This document shows, piece after piece, positions 61,101-64,000 of a stretch of DNA of 64,000 nt (its first letter is position 1; the number at the start of each line of letters is the position of its first letter). Source of the stretch: Azolla caroliniana (Eukaryota > Plantae > Polypodiophyta); contig JBHGNT010000003.1 of assembly GCA_043228905.1 (NCBI GenBank), positions 5,518,001 through 5,582,000 of the forward strand. Direction: 5' to 3'. The notes below the pieces were generated by a model. It was not told the origin of the DNA. It did no database searches and worked only from the letters and a program-made list of their open reading frames with translations. Position numbers and translations under genes: made by a program.

Positions 61101-62130
61101 CAGATCGGCTAAAATCGCCTGAGAAGTAACCTAATTGAAGGCTGTATAATCGAGGGAGCGATGCAGGGGTGCAACCAGCTATCTCTGATGCCTTCTTTAA
61201 CGGTGCAAGGTGCTCCATGAAATCCATTACCTCCTCCTCTGTGAGATCCCCATGACTATGTAGAGAGAGCTCTTGGAGCTGCGGCCAGTGCTACAGGAAA
61301 CCAACGCTCCTTCTCCAGTTCATGGATCTGGAATGTATATGTAGCCTCTGGAGAGAGGCTGCGAGGGGCGACTGTGGGCCATGAAGGTCCGCCAAATCAC
61401 TGCCTGCCTTCATCGTCACGATATGATCGAGATGGAGGCTAGTGAGGGAGCAGAAGTCGCGTAACAACCCTAAGCACTCATCACTCATCTCCATATACTG
61501 CAGAGAAAGATGTCTCAGGCCTTTGCTTCGCTTTAGGGCACTCAGAAGACCATGAGTATCCCTGAAATGTCCAGATGCCTGGATGAGAAGGCTTCTTGGG
61601 GCTGCATCACGATCTGCAGCCATGGAGAGGGCCTCCAGCCAAGCCATCTCCTCCTCCTGGCTGATCAGATTCCGTTGAAACAGGAGATAGACTGCTCCAC
61701 CACTGAAATTGGCGGCAGCCCTGAGGTACGCCATTCTTTGCTCCTGAGTGGCATCTCCCAAATCGAGCATCATGTCTCTGCTCCCCCAATCTTGACCTTC
61801 TACCTTATGATCATCATGACCATATGACACATACCTTATCCTCTTGTTAGCTTCATTCCGCCACATATTGGATCTATCAATGAGGAAGAGATTCCTCATC
61901 TCAGCACTGCAGAGCTTGAACAACAGATCATGATAGAGCTCATGATGATGGTGATGAGTAGGTTCCGAAGAAGAAGTGATGGAGGAGGAGGAGAGAGGAT
62001 TGAGACTGTGGAGTAGAACTTCTCTCGATTTCTCACACGCTTCTCTGATGTCGTCCGATTCCCACTCGGTGATGATGAGGCGGTGAGGCTGTGGGAGAAG
62101 CTGCTGAGCCATGGTAGGAATTGGGAGCAT
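58144..62130 (-). CDS. TORNADO1-like LRR-ROC-COR protein, complement(join(58144..60809,60909..62130)), ~1295 codons with one in-frame TAG at 61291..61293
   Basis: A 99-nt GT-AG intron (60810..60908) splits P-loop GDPFA|GKTTL. RTQGIEVQ, VWDMAGQQEFHAFHDCMFP, VFTRSD and COR motifs are present. The three ORFs are in frame apart from the single stop. Confidence 0.85.
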
Positions 62131-63735
62131 CAGGGTGAAGAAGAACTTACACTTGGAAGATGAAGAATGTGTAGACCAAAGTAATGTGATTTCTCTCTGT
62201 CTCTGTCATTAAGGAATTACAGGAAGGAGAAGATGAACAAGAAAAAATGTATGCATATTGATATGTGTAAGAGACTAAGTTCAGTTCAATGGAGATTAAT
62301 GTAGCAGAGATTTTGTAATTTGTTTGGCTGACATTTTCTCTTGTTGGGCTCCACTTATTTGACTATTTACTCATAGTTTTGAATCTGATTTTTTGGATTT
62401 TCTGATCTGGAGAGAAGAAAAGAAACTGAAATGTTGAAACCATATTTGACTGCCAATTAAACTATTCACTCACAGACAACCAAGATGCCTAATAAATCCC
62501 CTTACAATAATGCAGCGAGCATCCAATGTGATGATGATTGCAAATTGGTCATGTTTATACTCAGATTGTTCACCATCACTTTCGTGATGAATTTTAAGAA
62601 TAGGTCTATTGATCACAGACATTAAGTTCGTCAGCATCCATCCATCCATCATGTGGGAATATCGTGCGAGAACTTGGAGCAGTCATCAGAGTTCGATTGT
62701 GGATTACAAAATCGAACATGCTTTTTTATGCTTTTTTTGAATCAATAGCTCACAAAATCGTTGACTAGATTCTTGTGTTGTTTAGGGAGTTTGATATTAA
62801 ATGAATGAATTATTTATGGAAACATGAAGTGCATTGCCAAATGACAGGATAGTCTAAAGAGGTTCTTCATTGTGGGTTTGTGATCAAATGATTTCACTAG
62901 CTGACCTATACATGGAGATGAAGATAGACATATTTGAGTATTAGTGAAATAAAACCCTACGCAATTGAAATGCATGATAAACTATGAAGAATTAAGATTT
63001 TCTATTAGACATATTTGAGTGTCGGTAAAATAAAACCCTATGCCATTGCAATGCATGAAATAAACTATTAAGAGCAAGATTTCTATTGATCAAGCCCCAC
63101 GAAGTTGCATTGCAATGCAACCTTCATACATGAACGATAGTTTGGAGCACTAACATTTTCTAAACAATCAAGAAACACTTAGTGTTGGGTTCTATTGAGC
63201 TCATCACTACATGCAACATATTAGCATGGAATGACCATTAGGGTTCTCTTATCATTGACATAACGAATGTTTGGCATTGTATATGGCTCGAAGATCCTTG
63301 TATACGTTACTCCACAAACTATTTCATTTACATATAAGAAGCACGTAGTTGCGAACCTTGATCATTTAAAGATTTCATAAGGGGTATTAGATTGTCATGA
63401 CGACCTACAAAACGTTCGATCAAGTGGTTCATAAACCATTCAAATCTATTGATTAGATTGTATACCTTAAATTAGCTTATAGATTTTGATGATTAAAATT
63501 TAGAATGATGGGAGATTCTTACTTAGTAGCCTTTTCTATAATGATTGTTTATTGAAGGTAACTATTTTCACACTAATGATGCATTGATGGATCATTGGTA
63601 AAGTTCTTGACCATCGAGAGTAGCTATTCACTTTCACATGTATCTCGTAAAATGTAATATTTCTGGTCTCATAAGTCATATTTTACCGCTAAAGTCAATA
63701 ATAATCTCTCTCTCTCTCTCTCTTTTTATTGCAAT

Positions 63736-63800
63736 TAGCTTACCCTAGTGGTAAGTTGATAACACTACAAGCATTGCGTCTTGGGTTCGAAACTCAATTT
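63736..63800 (+). repeat. tRNA-derived SINE-like head, degenerate
   Basis: A-box-like CCTAGTGGTAAG and B-box GGTTCGAAAC. No full cloverleaf. Confidence 0.45.
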
Positions 63801-63835
63801 CCTCACCTCTCTATATATCTCAATTTCACTAGATG

Positions 63836-63916
63836 CCATTGTGGAATGTAGGGGTTGAACCCATAACCACCACCTGGTCTCCATTGGGCAACCTTACCAA
63901 CTGAGCTACATCTATC
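63836..63916 (-). repeat. tRNA-derived SINE-like head, degenerate
   Basis: The reverse complement has A-box TAGCTCAGTTGG and B-box GGTTCAACCC. Confidence 0.5.
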
Positions 63917-64000
63917 TGGGCGCCAAACAACATCAAGTTCCTTGGCTCTAGCGACTTCCTTTGTGTGCTTCCTCCCCCCAACTCCTCCGCAACTAGGTAT

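Noticed and set aside
61291-61293. U-to-C RNA editing repairing the stop codon
   Set aside because: Known only for organellar transcripts; this locus is nuclear, with spliceosomal introns.

Overview
This is eukaryotic, TE-dense nuclear DNA from a land plant. Tcn1-type chromoviruses, Ty1/copia elements and TORNADO1-like genes suggest a non-seed plant such as a fern (inference). The window holds: (1) nested Ty3/gypsy chromoviruses, Ty1/copia elements, solo LTRs with target-site duplications (TSDs) and a Penelope-like fragment; (2) three TORNADO1-like LRR-ROC-COR (ROCO GTPase) paralogues. One is intact and has a duplicated LRR module fused at its C-terminus, one is decayed, and one carries a single in-frame TAG. 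(3) The most striking feature is a ~10 kb decayed DNA-transposon-like unit (~24.9-35.2 kb). It pairs a DUF7869/Sola-like DDE transposase gene (minus strand) with a divergent, spliced gene encoding a ParB/Srx-like domain fused to a bacterial-type beta-class N6A/N4C DNA methyltransferase. Between the two genes lies a phased (51-bp period) array of 25-bp palindromes resembling a parS/operator array. The chromovirus LTRs carry an antisense tRNA-like Pol III A/B-box module and heat-shock-element arrays. All family calls come from motifs recognised by eye; no database searches were run.
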